Assembly: GCA_034722775.1 (NCBI GenBank)
Contig: JAYEOH010000027.1
Coordinates: 19,595 to 57,389 of the forward strand
DNA from: Campylobacterota bacterium
Lineage (GTDB): Bacteria; Campylobacterota; Campylobacteria; Campylobacterales; Sulfurovaceae
Length of the DNA stretch: 37,795 bases
Direction of reading: 5' to 3'
A program made the translations under genes and the position numbers. Below, piece by piece: positions 1 through 8,341 of this stretch (positions within the stretch are counted from its first letter, which is position 1; the number at the start of each line of letters is the position of its first letter). The notes beneath the pieces are model-generated. The model did not search any database. It had not been told where the DNA came from and saw only the letters and a list, made by a program, of their open reading frames with translations.

Positions 1-29
1 AAAAAATAGGGCAAGAAACAGTAGCATTG

Positions 30-167
30 TTACTCTTTTTTATCTTCTTGCTCCTCTTTGTCCTCCTCTTCTTTTCCCTGCTTGACCCATTTGCCAATAC
101 TCTTTGTCGCTACAAGAGCAGCAGTAAAGATGAGCAATATCATAGAAATATTGTAGAGTGCACTCAT
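30..167 (-). CDS. possible 45-aa small membrane protein (shorter than the ORF-track cutoff)
   Basis: ATG at 167 (fwd 'cat' 165-167) to TAA (fwd 'tta' 30-32). It translates to MSALYNISMILLIFTAALVATKSIGKWVKQGKEEEDKEEQEDKKE, which is one hydrophobic helix plus a charged tail. It begins 11 nt after the ABC ATPase stop. No convincing Shine-Dalgarno. Confidence 0.25.
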   Translation of the reverse strand: MSALYNISMILLIFTAALVATKSIGKWVKQGKEEEDKEEQEDKKE

Positions 168-178
168 CAAATCTATCT

Positions 179-829
179 TCACGGGATCACCTCCAGTTTT
201 TTATCTTCGAGACGATAGCTTTCATCACAGCGGCTAGCCATCTCTTCATCATGCGTCACCAGAAGCAGGCCTGCATTCTCTCTGCGGGTGTACTCCAGCA
301 GCACATCCATCACGAGGTTTGCCGTCTCTTTATCGAGGTTGCCCGTTGGTTCGTCTGCAAAAATAAGCTTTGGTTTTTTGCTCAAAACTCTGGCGATCGA
401 GACGCGCTGCTGCTGTCCGCCTGAAAGCTCAGAGATCTTCTGGTTCATCAATTCGCTGATTTCCAGCCTCTCCAGGAGCTCTTCGTCGATCTTCTCACCT
501 GAGAGCATCGTTGCTACTTCGATATTTTCCAGGGCACTCATCCCTTTGAAAAGATAATGAAACTGGAAAACAATCCCCAGATCATGTCGTCTAAGCTCTT
601 CAATCTGAGCATCTTTGAGCGCATAAACATCCTGCCCGAAAAGCATCACTTTGCCCTCCTGTGGCTTTAGAAAAGTGGAAAAATGATGCAGGAGGGTTGA
701 TTTGCCGCAGCCGCTTCGTCCAAGTATTGCGATACTTTGAGAAGCATCCAATTTCAATTCTATATCGTGGTAAAGTTCTACATCAAAGCTGTGGGAAATA
801 TGGGCAGCTTTCAAAAGGGGTTGAGACAT
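179..829 (-). CDS. ABC transporter ATP-binding protein (FtsE/LolD-like)
   Basis: Walker A GRSGCGKST, ABC signature LSGGQQQRVSIAR and Walker B LIFADEPTGNLD. I moved the start to the internal ATG at 829 (MSQPLLKAAHISHSF...), because the first 28 codons of the track ORF (to 913) merely translate the inverted repeat at 831-923. Confidence 0.85.
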   Translation of the reverse strand: MSQPLLKAAHISHSFDVELYHDIELKLDASQSIAILGRSGCGKSTLLHHFSTFLKPQEGKVMLFGQDVYALKDAQIEELRRHDLGIVFQFHYLFKGMSALENIEVATMLSGEKIDEELLERLEISELMNQKISELSGGQQQRVSIARVLSKKPKLIFADEPTGNLDKETANLVMDVLLEYTRRENAGLLLVTHDEEMASRCDESYRLEDKKLEVIP

Positions 830-830
830 T

Positions 831-923
831 GTAGGGTGTTGTGCCCTCACAACACCGGTCAAATATTTATTTTTCACTACACTCCAATACCTAAATTGGT
901 GTTGTGAGGGCACAACACCCTAC
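831..923. repeat. perfect 26-bp inverted repeat (831-856 / 898-923) with a 41-nt spacer; each arm is itself a small palindrome
   Basis: The left arm is gtagggtgttgtgccctcacaacacc and the right arm is ggtgttgtgagggcacaacaccctac, its exact reverse complement. Within each arm, gtgttgtg-cccT-cacaacac can also fold on itself. Confidence 0.9.
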
Positions 924-928
924 GGCAA

Positions 929-1990
929 TCAAGACATTTGTGCAGCAACTTCTGCTGCAAAATCTTCTTCTTCGACTTCGATACCTTCGCCCACTTCCAG
1001 TCTCACAAAGCGTGTGATTTCAGCTGTACCGCCTGCCTCTTTTGCTTTATCTGCAATATATTCAGCCACTGTCTTGCTGTCATCCATAACAAAGTTTTGA
1101 TCAAGGAGACACTGCTCCTGGTCAAGTGTTGTATTGTCTGAAATAAATCTTGCCAATTTACCCGGCAAAATTCTATCCCAGATTTTTTCCGGTTTACCCT
1201 CAGATTTGAGTTCTTCCTTGAGCAAATCCTCTGCCTTTTGCAATACTTCCTCAGTTAACTGCTTCATGGAAACATAGAGAGGAATATTTTTGAGTGTTTT
1301 ACCCAATCTGCCGAGCTCTTCATTCTCTTTTTCGATCGCGGCGATACGACCCTCGGTCTCTTTCTCTACAAATTCCATGTCAAAGTCTTGACAGCTCAAT
1401 GTAGTAGGCTTCATCGCTGCAGCATGCATCGCTACATTTCTCACGATATCTCTCATCGTTTCTGCTGTTTTTGCTGAGTCACATTTGGCTTCGATGATCA
1501 CTGCAACCTGACCGTTGGCATGGACATAGCCGCTGACTGCGGTAGTCTCATCACCCTTGATCAATGCTGATCGTCTTACTACAAGTTTTTCACCGATTGT
1601 AGCGACCTGCAAAGAGAGGTAGTCTGCAAAAGGCTGCCCGTCAATCTGTGAAGCATTGATTGCCTCTGCATCTGCCAAATCATTTGCAAATGCATGATTG
1701 ACCACTTCACTCATTACTGCTTTAAACTTATCGTTTTGTGCGACGAAGTCACTCTGAGAGTTGATCTCAACGATCACAGCTTCATTGCCTTCAACCTTAA
1801 CACCAACAGCGCCTTCAGCTGCTACTTTATTTGCTTTCTTTGCAGCAGCTCCAAGACCATGGTTTCGAAGCCAATCTACTGCTTTGTCCATATCTCCTTC
1901 GGCCTCAGTCAATGCCTTTTTGCAGTCCATCATCCCTGCATCAGTCATCTCTCTGAGTTTTTTGATATCTTTTGGTCCAAAATTTGCCAT
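929..1990 (-). CDS. tsf: translation elongation factor Ts
   Basis: N-terminal UBA-like EF-Ts signature IKKLREMTDAGMMDCKKALTEAEGDMDKAVDWLR. 353 aa. It starts 2 nt after the rpsB stop, the classical rpsB-tsf arrangement. Confidence 0.97.
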   Translation of the reverse strand: MANFGPKDIKKLREMTDAGMMDCKKALTEAEGDMDKAVDWLRNHGLGAAAKKANKVAAEGAVGVKVEGNEAVIVEINSQSDFVAQNDKFKAVMSEVVNHAFANDLADAEAINASQIDGQPFADYLSLQVATIGEKLVVRRSALIKGDETTAVSGYVHANGQVAVIIEAKCDSAKTAETMRDIVRNVAMHAAAMKPTTLSCQDFDMEFVEKETEGRIAAIEKENEELGRLGKTLKNIPLYVSMKQLTEEVLQKAEDLLKEELKSEGKPEKIWDRILPGKLARFISDNTTLDQEQCLLDQNFVMDDSKTVAEYIADKAKEAGGTAEITRFVRLEVGEGIEVEEEDFAAEVAAQMS

Positions 1991-1992
1991 AT

Positions 1993-2901
1993 TTAAGCCT
2001 CCTCTTTTTTGGCGTCTTCTATTGCCGCCTCTTCTTCTGCCATATCTGCAAGCTCTTCATTCTCAGTGATATCCAGATCTTCGACCTCTTTCGTTTTAGG
2101 AGTTTCACTATTTTCTGAAGTTTCCTCTGCAGCTTCTTCTAAGACTGCTTCAGCAACTACTTCTGCTACCTCCTCAGCTACTGCTTCGCCAACTTCCTCA
2201 ACCTCTTCGCCTTCAGACTCAGCCAATGCCGCTTTACCTTCGATAATTGCTTCCGCCATCTCTCTACAGAAGAGGTTGATCGATCTGATCGCATCATCAT
2301 TTCCGGGAATTGGATAGTCGATCACATCAGGGTCACAGTTGGTATCAAGTGGCGCGATGACTTTCATCCCCAATCTTCTTGCTTCTTTGACTGCGATATG
2401 CTCTTTGACTGCATCAACGACAAACATCATGTCAGGCAATTTTTTCATATGTCTGTAGCCCTCGAGATAAGCATTCAGCTTCTCTTTTTTGCGTCGAAGC
2501 ATCAAAGCCTCTTTTTTGGTCAAAAGTTCGATCTGGCCATTCTCTTCCATCTGCTCGATTATTTCGAGTTTTCTGATAGATTTTTTGATAGTTGGATAGT
2601 TGGTCAGCATACCGCCGAGCCATCTAGTAGAAACATACGGCATGCCGCATCTCTCTGCATGCTCTTTAACTGCTGATCGTGCCTGCTTTTTTGTTCCTAC
2701 AAAAAGAACTGTTTGTCCTTCTGCTGCTGCATCTCTGACAACATTATATGTATATTTGAAATATCTCAAAGTCTTCTGGAGGTCGATAATATAAATATTT
2801 TTTCTCTCACCAAAGATGAATTTCTTCATTTTTGGATTCCATCTTCTTGTCTGATGCCCGAAGTGTACACCACATTCGAGTAAGTCTTTCATTGTTACCA
2901 T
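1993..2901 (-). CDS. rpsB: 30S ribosomal protein S2 with a roughly 70-aa acidic C-terminal extension
   Basis: [22 protein letters not shown]... and [10 protein letters not shown] are S2 hallmarks. AGGAG-type RBS (fwd 'ctcctt' just upstream). The C-terminus is E/A/V-rich. Confidence 0.97.
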   Translation of the reverse strand: MVTMKDLLECGVHFGHQTRRWNPKMKKFIFGERKNIYIIDLQKTLRYFKYTYNVVRDAAAEGQTVLFVGTKKQARSAVKEHAERCGMPYVSTRWLGGMLTNYPTIKKSIRKLEIIEQMEENGQIELLTKKEALMLRRKKEKLNAYLEGYRHMKKLPDMMFVVDAVKEHIAVKEARRLGMKVIAPLDTNCDPDVIDYPIPGNDDAIRSINLFCREMAEAIIEGKAALAESEGEEVEEVGEAVAEEVAEVVAEAVLEEAAEETSENSETPKTKEVEDLDITENEELADMAEEEAAIEDAKKEEA

Positions 2902-3162
2902 TTTTTCTCCTTGGTAAAGTTATGTTATTTATGGTCGAATTAAATCGCCTTAGGTTTAACCCTCTGCAGTCCTGAACACACAATGTGCAACCTTTCAAGG
3001 AATAACTGCATGAGTATTTCCAAATTCTGTTTTTAGAATAAGGAACGCGATTATACCCCAATGATGTTTAAGAACTGATAACAGACGACATTGCTGCAAC
3101 TACCTCTGTCCCTATAAAGGGTAGTGTGATAAAATACATAGAACAATTTGAAAGAGGTTACT

Positions 3163-4854
3163 ATGAGAATACTATGGCTTTTATTTATATTGGTGACTCT
3201 ATTGCCGCTACAGGCTTTCAGCTCTGCCACAAAAGATATTGCGCTTACAGATCAAGATAAGGCCTGGATAGCACAACACCCGATTGTTAATTTTACAGGA
3301 GACCCTGACTGGCTGCCTTTTGAAGCATTCACCAAAGATGGGCGGTATATCGGTATCATCCCGGAATTTCTGAAGATTTTCGAGCAGCAGACATCTATAA
3401 AGTTCAACATCGTACCTACAAAGACATGGAGTGAATCCGTCTCTCTTCTCGAAAAAGGCAAAGTAGATATGTTGACGGTCAGTGATGCCTGGAAAGACCC
3501 AAATTATCTATATACAAAAACTCTGCTCCCAAATCCTATTGTCATTGTTATGCAGGATGACCATATGTATATCGATACACTTTATTATCTTCAGTATGAA
3601 TCAATAGCCGTCATCAAAGGCTACCGCTACATAGACAATATTAGAAAAAAATACCCGGATTACTCTTTTTATGAAGTGGAGAATATCCAGGAGGGGCTTG
3701 AAGGAGTTGCCGCAGGAAAATACGATGCGCTGCTGGCATCTATGGCGTTAGCCACCTATACGATAGAAAAAATGCAGCTCAATAATGTCAAGGTTGTAGG
3801 AAAAACAGAATTTGAGATCAAAGTTGCCTTTGCAGTCAGGAAAGAGTTTGCACCACTCGTTGAGATCATTAACAAAATCCGCATAGGGGAAAAGAGAGGA
3901 CACGAACTCCTCAAGGAGTGGACCTATCAGAAATATGTAGAGAAAACAGACTATAGCCTCATTACCAAGCTCTTTATGCTTCTCCTGATCATACTTATGG
4001 CAGCTGTCATACTTTATCTTCTTTATAAAAAGAAATCTCGAGCACACGAAGGCACAGAAAATGTCCTCTCCGACACACAGGAGGAGATCGATAACGCAAT
4101 CAAATATGCATCCATACTGGATGATCCATCCAAACTCAAATCTAATTACCTGAATGATTTTTTTGATGACAGCTTCAATCTATCCCACCCTAAAAATATC
4201 AAAAGCAGCACACTGGCGCACTTCCGAATACTCAATGACAACCAGGCAATACTGATGGTCATAGACCCAAAGGGAGAAGGCGTCGACAGCATCCTCAATG
4301 CCTTGTTTATCAAAACACTTCTCAAGAGAACAATCGCTCAGCTCGAAAACGGATCACTCACTCCAGATCCGGCAGAAATACTCAGTTCTCTGGGAACACA
4401 ACTCCGGCAAACTCTTGGCACAATAGGTGACAAAAAGAAACCGGGCAACATAGGTTTTGATGCAGCCATAATCTCAACAGATAAAGCAAGTGATACTCTC
4501 ACTTATGCCGGTGCAAACATCCCACTATTCTATACGCAAAATCATAAGATCGCCACCATAAGAGCAGACAAAAAAAGCATAGACAGTAAAACCCATAAAT
4601 ATACAAATCACAGTATCAATATTTCCGGTACGATGGATTTCTATCTTGTGACCAGAGGATATATGGAGCAGACCGGAGGCAAACAGAATCTGCCTTTTGG
4701 AAAGAGACGCACTAAAGAGATACTTGAAAAATACGAAAATTACAATATGGATGTGCAGAAAAATGCACTTGTCAAAGCCTTTATGGAGCACAAGGGGAAA
4801 GATCCGAGAGTAGGCGATATTACACTGGTTGGATTGCGTGCGACACAACAATAA
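3163..4854 (+). CDS. membrane protein: signal peptide + periplasmic solute-binding (SBP family 3-like) domain + TM helix + cytoplasmic SpoIIE/PP2C-like domain
   Basis: I prefer ATG 3163 (RBS aaagagg at 3151-3157) over the TTG at 3148. MRILWLLFILVTLLPLQAFS is a signal peptide. The TM helix is LITKLFMLLLIILMAAVILYLLY. The C-terminal region has the SpoIIE-family layout (VIDPKGEGV..., FDAAIISTDK..LTYAGANIPLFY, FYLVTRGYMEQTGGK...FGKRR, GDITLVGLR). Confidence 0.8.
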   Translation: MRILWLLFILVTLLPLQAFSSATKDIALTDQDKAWIAQHPIVNFTGDPDWLPFEAFTKDGRYIGIIPEFLKIFEQQTSIKFNIVPTKTWSESVSLLEKGKVDMLTVSDAWKDPNYLYTKTLLPNPIVIVMQDDHMYIDTLYYLQYESIAVIKGYRYIDNIRKKYPDYSFYEVENIQEGLEGVAAGKYDALLASMALATYTIEKMQLNNVKVVGKTEFEIKVAFAVRKEFAPLVEIINKIRIGEKRGHELLKEWTYQKYVEKTDYSLITKLFMLLLIILMAAVILYLLYKKKSRAHEGTENVLSDTQEEIDNAIKYASILDDPSKLKSNYLNDFFDDSFNLSHPKNIKSSTLAHFRILNDNQAILMVIDPKGEGVDSILNALFIKTLLKRTIAQLENGSLTPDPAEILSSLGTQLRQTLGTIGDKKKPGNIGFDAAIISTDKASDTLTYAGANIPLFYTQNHKIATIRADKKSIDSKTHKYTNHSINISGTMDFYLVTRGYMEQTGGKQNLPFGKRRTKEILEKYENYNMDVQKNALVKAFMEHKGKDPRVGDITLVGLRATQQ

Positions 4855-4886
4855 CTATCAGCAGTGAAAAATTTTAAGGAGAGACG

Positions 4887-5756
4887 ATGCATCACTTGAC
4901 AGAACTGCTTACAAATCCATGGATAATGATACCTCTCTTTATCCTCTTTTTCGGTGAGTATATTCCTCTTAGTAGTTGGCTCTGGCAAAAGATCGGGCTC
5001 AGGCTCAAATCCTTTGGCGAATGGTTTTTGGATACTTATGAAAATAGACTCTATGGAGATAAAGAGGAGTGGGTAGAGGACAAAAAAGTCCATCTAAAAC
5101 TCAATAATATTTTTGCAAGAATACTCTTTTTTATCCTCTCCGCTGTAGTAGTCATCTTTCTTGAAATCTTTTGGGAACTTGGATTTAAAGGCATCAGCAG
5201 ATCATTTGAAAGCTCCAAAATTGCACACTGGTCCGAAATGCGGATCAGGAAGATGCCAAGCTGGGCAGTATTGGCACTCTTTGGGGCGCCCTTTATCTTT
5301 ATGGAGCTGATAGGTATTTTTTCTCTTGCTGCTTTTGTCTCCGGGCACTTATGGGCAGGAGTCGGACTTTATCTCTTCAAGGTGCTCTTCTTTATCCCTG
5401 TCCACTTCGTGCTCCATGTGGGAGAAAAACAGCTCATGGCGATACCATGGTTCAAAAGGCGTTATGATATCATCATCGCCATACTGGATTGGTTCAAGCG
5501 CTCACAAACTTATGTCAAAGTGCATAATTTCTCTGAAACAGTCAAAGCACATATCCTTGCCGTCAAGAACCGCTTTTCGCAGACGATCATCCTCCTCAAA
5601 AAAGCATTTGAGCATGACGATATCCTCTCTCCCGAATGTGAGGCAGTGAGGCAGGAGATCCTAAACGCCCCCCAAGAGAGTGATGAGAGAAAAAAGCTCT
5701 ACCAAAAGTTCTTTAACTGTATCGATTCACATCTTCAGGGAGATAAAAAAGATTGA
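4887..5756 (+). CDS. hypothetical polytopic membrane protein
   Basis: AAGGAG RBS 6 nt upstream of the ATG. Several hydrophobic helices followed by a charged C-terminal third. I recognise no family. Confidence 0.7.
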   Translation: MHHLTELLTNPWIMIPLFILFFGEYIPLSSWLWQKIGLRLKSFGEWFLDTYENRLYGDKEEWVEDKKVHLKLNNIFARILFFILSAVVVIFLEIFWELGFKGISRSFESSKIAHWSEMRIRKMPSWAVLALFGAPFIFMELIGIFSLAAFVSGHLWAGVGLYLFKVLFFIPVHFVLHVGEKQLMAIPWFKRRYDIIIAILDWFKRSQTYVKVHNFSETVKAHILAVKNRFSQTIILLKKAFEHDDILSPECEAVRQEILNAPQESDERKKLYQKFFNCIDSHLQGDKKD

Positions 5757-5825
5757 AAAAAAATTTTGCTATAACGCACTAAAAATGGTAGAATAACAAA
5801 ATATATACTTTTAAAGGAAAAATTT

Positions 5826-6305
5826 ATGACAACGGCATTTGATATGTTTTTAGAGACAGAAGTACCAGAAGATGAACTCATTGTTTCTCGTACTGATTTT
5901 ACAGGAAAGATCACCTATGTGAACGAGACATTTGCAGAGATCTCCGGATATAAACCGGAAGAGCTCATAGGTCAACCGCACAATGTCATTAGACATCCGG
6001 ATATGCCAAAGTCAGCTTTTGCCGATCTATGGGAAACGGTGCAGAGGGGGGATACCTGGGAAGGGTATGTGAAAAACCTTCGTAAAGATGGTGGGTATTA
6101 TTGGGTTTTTGCCAGAGTTTCCACAGTGATAAAAAATGGAGAAGCCATAGAGTACAAATCTGTAAGAGAGCCGGTTTCGAGAGAAAAAAAGATAGAGATA
6201 CAAAATCTGTATGACAAGATTCGCAGCGAAGAAGAGGAGACAACAAGAGTTGTACTTTATGTGAAAAACGAGAAACTTGAAATGGCCGAGGCGCTTGAAA
6301 AATAG
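5826..6305 (+). CDS. stand-alone Aer/CetB-type (FAD-binding) PAS domain protein
   Basis: ITYVNETFAEISGYKPEELIGQPHNVIRHPDMPKSAFADLWETVQRGDTWEGYVKNLRKDGGYYWVFARV closely matches the E. coli Aer N-terminal PAS-FAD region (GQPHNMVRHPDMPKAAFADMW...W.G.VKNRRKNGDHYWV). At 159 aa it has no output domain. Confidence 0.85.
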   Translation: MTTAFDMFLETEVPEDELIVSRTDFTGKITYVNETFAEISGYKPEELIGQPHNVIRHPDMPKSAFADLWETVQRGDTWEGYVKNLRKDGGYYWVFARVSTVIKNGEAIEYKSVREPVSREKKIEIQNLYDKIRSEEEETTRVVLYVKNEKLEMAEALEK

Positions 6306-6341
6306 CACTCTCTGTGATTATCTATCTATATAAGGGAAAGT

Positions 6342-6962
6342 ATGAAAAAAATAGAAGAGAAAAAAAGTAAAAACTGGTTGATGATCATTGTCAACCTCAT
6401 TCTGGCGCTTGTATCGGTCTACCTCTTTGAGTTCTGGTTCGATAAAGTCATTGGCTTGGATAATACTTTTCAGAAGTTTGCCAATATCGCCGTTGTGGTT
6501 TTAACAGCACTTACCTTTTTCATCGGTAAGACTTATTACATAAAAGGAGTGATGAATACGGCCAAAAAAATATTTACCCTATTGATCCTGGCAGGAGCAA
6601 CTCTGGGTTTAATGCTCCTTTCAGTCAAGGTGCCTGCTGATATCATCTATCCTTTCAGCGGTGTCATTTTGGTCAGTATCGCCTTCTATATGCTCTCCTT
6701 GACTGCCGGGACACTCAATACTGTCGGGATGATAGGGCTCACACTTCTCTTCGCCACACCGATCGCTTTCCTGAAATGGTTTGACAAGATCGACTGGAGT
6801 ATGGCTGGTGAATTGAGTCAATTTGGTCTCTTTGTCATCCTTTTCCTGGGCGGCACCTGGTCACAGATACGAGCAGCTATCCATGGTATCAGGGGGGTCG
6901 ATGCCACTGGTGGAGGCTTTGGTGACGACGGTGACGGAGATGGTGACACCGGAAGCGAATAG
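6342..6962 (+). CDS. hypothetical polytopic membrane protein with a Gly/Asp-rich C-terminus
   Basis: RBS aagggaaag. About 5-6 hydrophobic helices. The tail is GGGFGDDGDGDGDTGSE. No recognised family. Confidence 0.7.
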   Translation: MKKIEEKKSKNWLMIIVNLILALVSVYLFEFWFDKVIGLDNTFQKFANIAVVVLTALTFFIGKTYYIKGVMNTAKKIFTLLILAGATLGLMLLSVKVPADIIYPFSGVILVSIAFYMLSLTAGTLNTVGMIGLTLLFATPIAFLKWFDKIDWSMAGELSQFGLFVILFLGGTWSQIRAAIHGIRGVDATGGGFGDDGDGDGDTGSE

Positions 6963-6974
6963 AAAAGCTGCAGT

Positions 6975-8042
6975 ATGAACAAAGAGCGGGTCAACCACTT
7001 CTTTATCAGCTTTAGGGCATGGGTATTCAGAAATAGATCTGCACTTGTTATACTAACTTCACTCACCCTCATTACACTGTTCATCCATTTTTTTGGATGG
7101 TGGGAGACACTGGGGATACTATTTTTGAAATTTGGTCTGGGCGCCAAAGTTGCCGGTGCCAAGACTTTCACCCATGCCGTCATCAAAGCAGGCGGAAAAA
7201 AAGCGATCGCGATCGCTACTGCCGGCATGTTGACGAAACGCCATATCATCGATCTCATATCAAAATTTTTTGCCGAGCACTCGATCAAAAGATACAAAAG
7301 AAACCTCACACTTGTCACAAAGAAGAAGTTTGAAGAGATCAAGCACTCAACCCCTGTAAAAAAACTCCGAGCCTTCGGCAGTATGCTCCTCTCTATTCCG
7401 ATGATCTATCTCTTCTGGACCAAAGTCCTGGGTACCGCTATACAAAAATTTGTCTATGCGCTGGTGCTCCCCGCAGTGACACTCCTCTGGAATCTTATCC
7501 TGACCGGCATCAATTTCCTGGGTTTTATTTTTCAAATATTGATGCTCAACATCTTTTTGGAAACACTCGCCAACTACAGCTGGGGCAAGAAGATAATTGC
7601 CCTTATAGACGATATTGTTCGCTTGGCGGGAGGCATACTCAGCCTGATGAACACCCTCTTTGGCTATATCGGACTCGACCCAAAAGCCTGGCTTATCACG
7701 CTCTCAAATCATTTCAACAGATGGCTTGAGTCTATCCTGGACAAAGGTCTTAGTCCGGCCGCCAAGATACAAAATCGGCGAAACAGGCATATCAATGCCA
7801 CAAAAGCCCTCTCCGTCAAACGATACCTCTATGCTCAGTCCAAACGCAGCAAACAGATATCTTATTGGATATACAGCAAAAATCTTTTTGAAAAAAAGGT
7901 ACTCAAAAAAAGAGACTGGAGAGAGAAGCGAACCCAGAGAGAGAAACGATGGAAACAAGAGAGACCGAACAACCATAGTGCGGCTAGAAACAGTATTCTT
8001 GTAAAAAGGGAAAAACGAAAACCATTGCCTTTACCCTCTTGA
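6975..8042 (+). CDS. hypothetical membrane protein with a very basic (K/R-rich) C-terminal tail
   Basis: Starts 12 nt after the previous stop. Multiple hydrophobic helices. The last roughly 90 aa are K/R-rich (KKRDWREKRTQREKRWKQERP...). Weak RBS, so the start is uncertain. Confidence 0.65.
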   Translation: MNKERVNHFFISFRAWVFRNRSALVILTSLTLITLFIHFFGWWETLGILFLKFGLGAKVAGAKTFTHAVIKAGGKKAIAIATAGMLTKRHIIDLISKFFAEHSIKRYKRNLTLVTKKKFEEIKHSTPVKKLRAFGSMLLSIPMIYLFWTKVLGTAIQKFVYALVLPAVTLLWNLILTGINFLGFIFQILMLNIFLETLANYSWGKKIIALIDDIVRLAGGILSLMNTLFGYIGLDPKAWLITLSNHFNRWLESILDKGLSPAAKIQNRRNRHINATKALSVKRYLYAQSKRSKQISYWIYSKNLFEKKVLKKRDWREKRTQREKRWKQERPNNHSAARNSILVKREKRKPLPLPS

Positions 8043-8051
8043 TCGGGGAGA

Positions 8052-8291
8052 CTATTTATACTTGCTGAATTTTTGGCGCTGCATTACTTTTCGATAGCGC
8101 ACGAGACTTGAAGTGATAAAAAAATAGAGTGCGACAAAAAGAGTGACCAGTGTCAATCCCAACATATGGAATGTATAATGCACAACAAGTAACAGTGAAA
8201 CATAGACAAGAACCTCAAAGAATAAAAATAATCTAGGCTTGAAAGATCCGGATGCATCTCTGCGATCCGACCATTTATTGTTATAACTCAA
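8052..8291 (-). CDS. hypothetical small two-TM membrane protein
   Basis: TTG start with AAGGA 7 nt upstream. Two clear hydrophobic helices. It lies downstream of bcp on the same strand. Confidence 0.4.
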   Translation of the reverse strand: MSYNNKWSDRRDASGSFKPRLFLFFEVLVYVSLLLVVHYTFHMLGLTLVTLFVALYFFITSSLVRYRKVMQRQKFSKYK

Positions 8292-8341
8292 TCAACATCC
8301 TTTTGGCAGAATAGCTTGAATAAGCTTACTATATCATAGAA

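Noticed and set aside
830-913. N-terminal 28-codon extension of the ABC ATPase ORF (track start 913)
   Set aside because: The extension is simply the translation of the 26-bp inverted repeat and spacer. It has no RBS and precedes the conserved ATPase N-terminus. The ATG at 829 gives a normal-length protein.
831-923. Inverted repeat as an integron attC site or IS terminal repeats
   Set aside because: There are no RYYYAAC / GTTRRRY core sites at the arm ends, and there is no integrase or transposase nearby. The 41-nt interior is too short to encode anything.
6895-6962. Repetitive ggtgac/gacgg tract as a tandem DNA repeat
   Set aside because: It is in-frame coding low complexity (GGGFGDDGDGDGDTGSE) at the C-terminus of the 206-aa membrane protein, not an independent repeat locus.
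6818-7342. 174-aa minus-strand ORF antisense to the 6342 and 6975 genes
   Set aside because: It spans the boundary of two well-supported plus-strand genes. It has no RBS, and its composition is proline/serine-rich mirror-frame sequence with no recognisable motifs.
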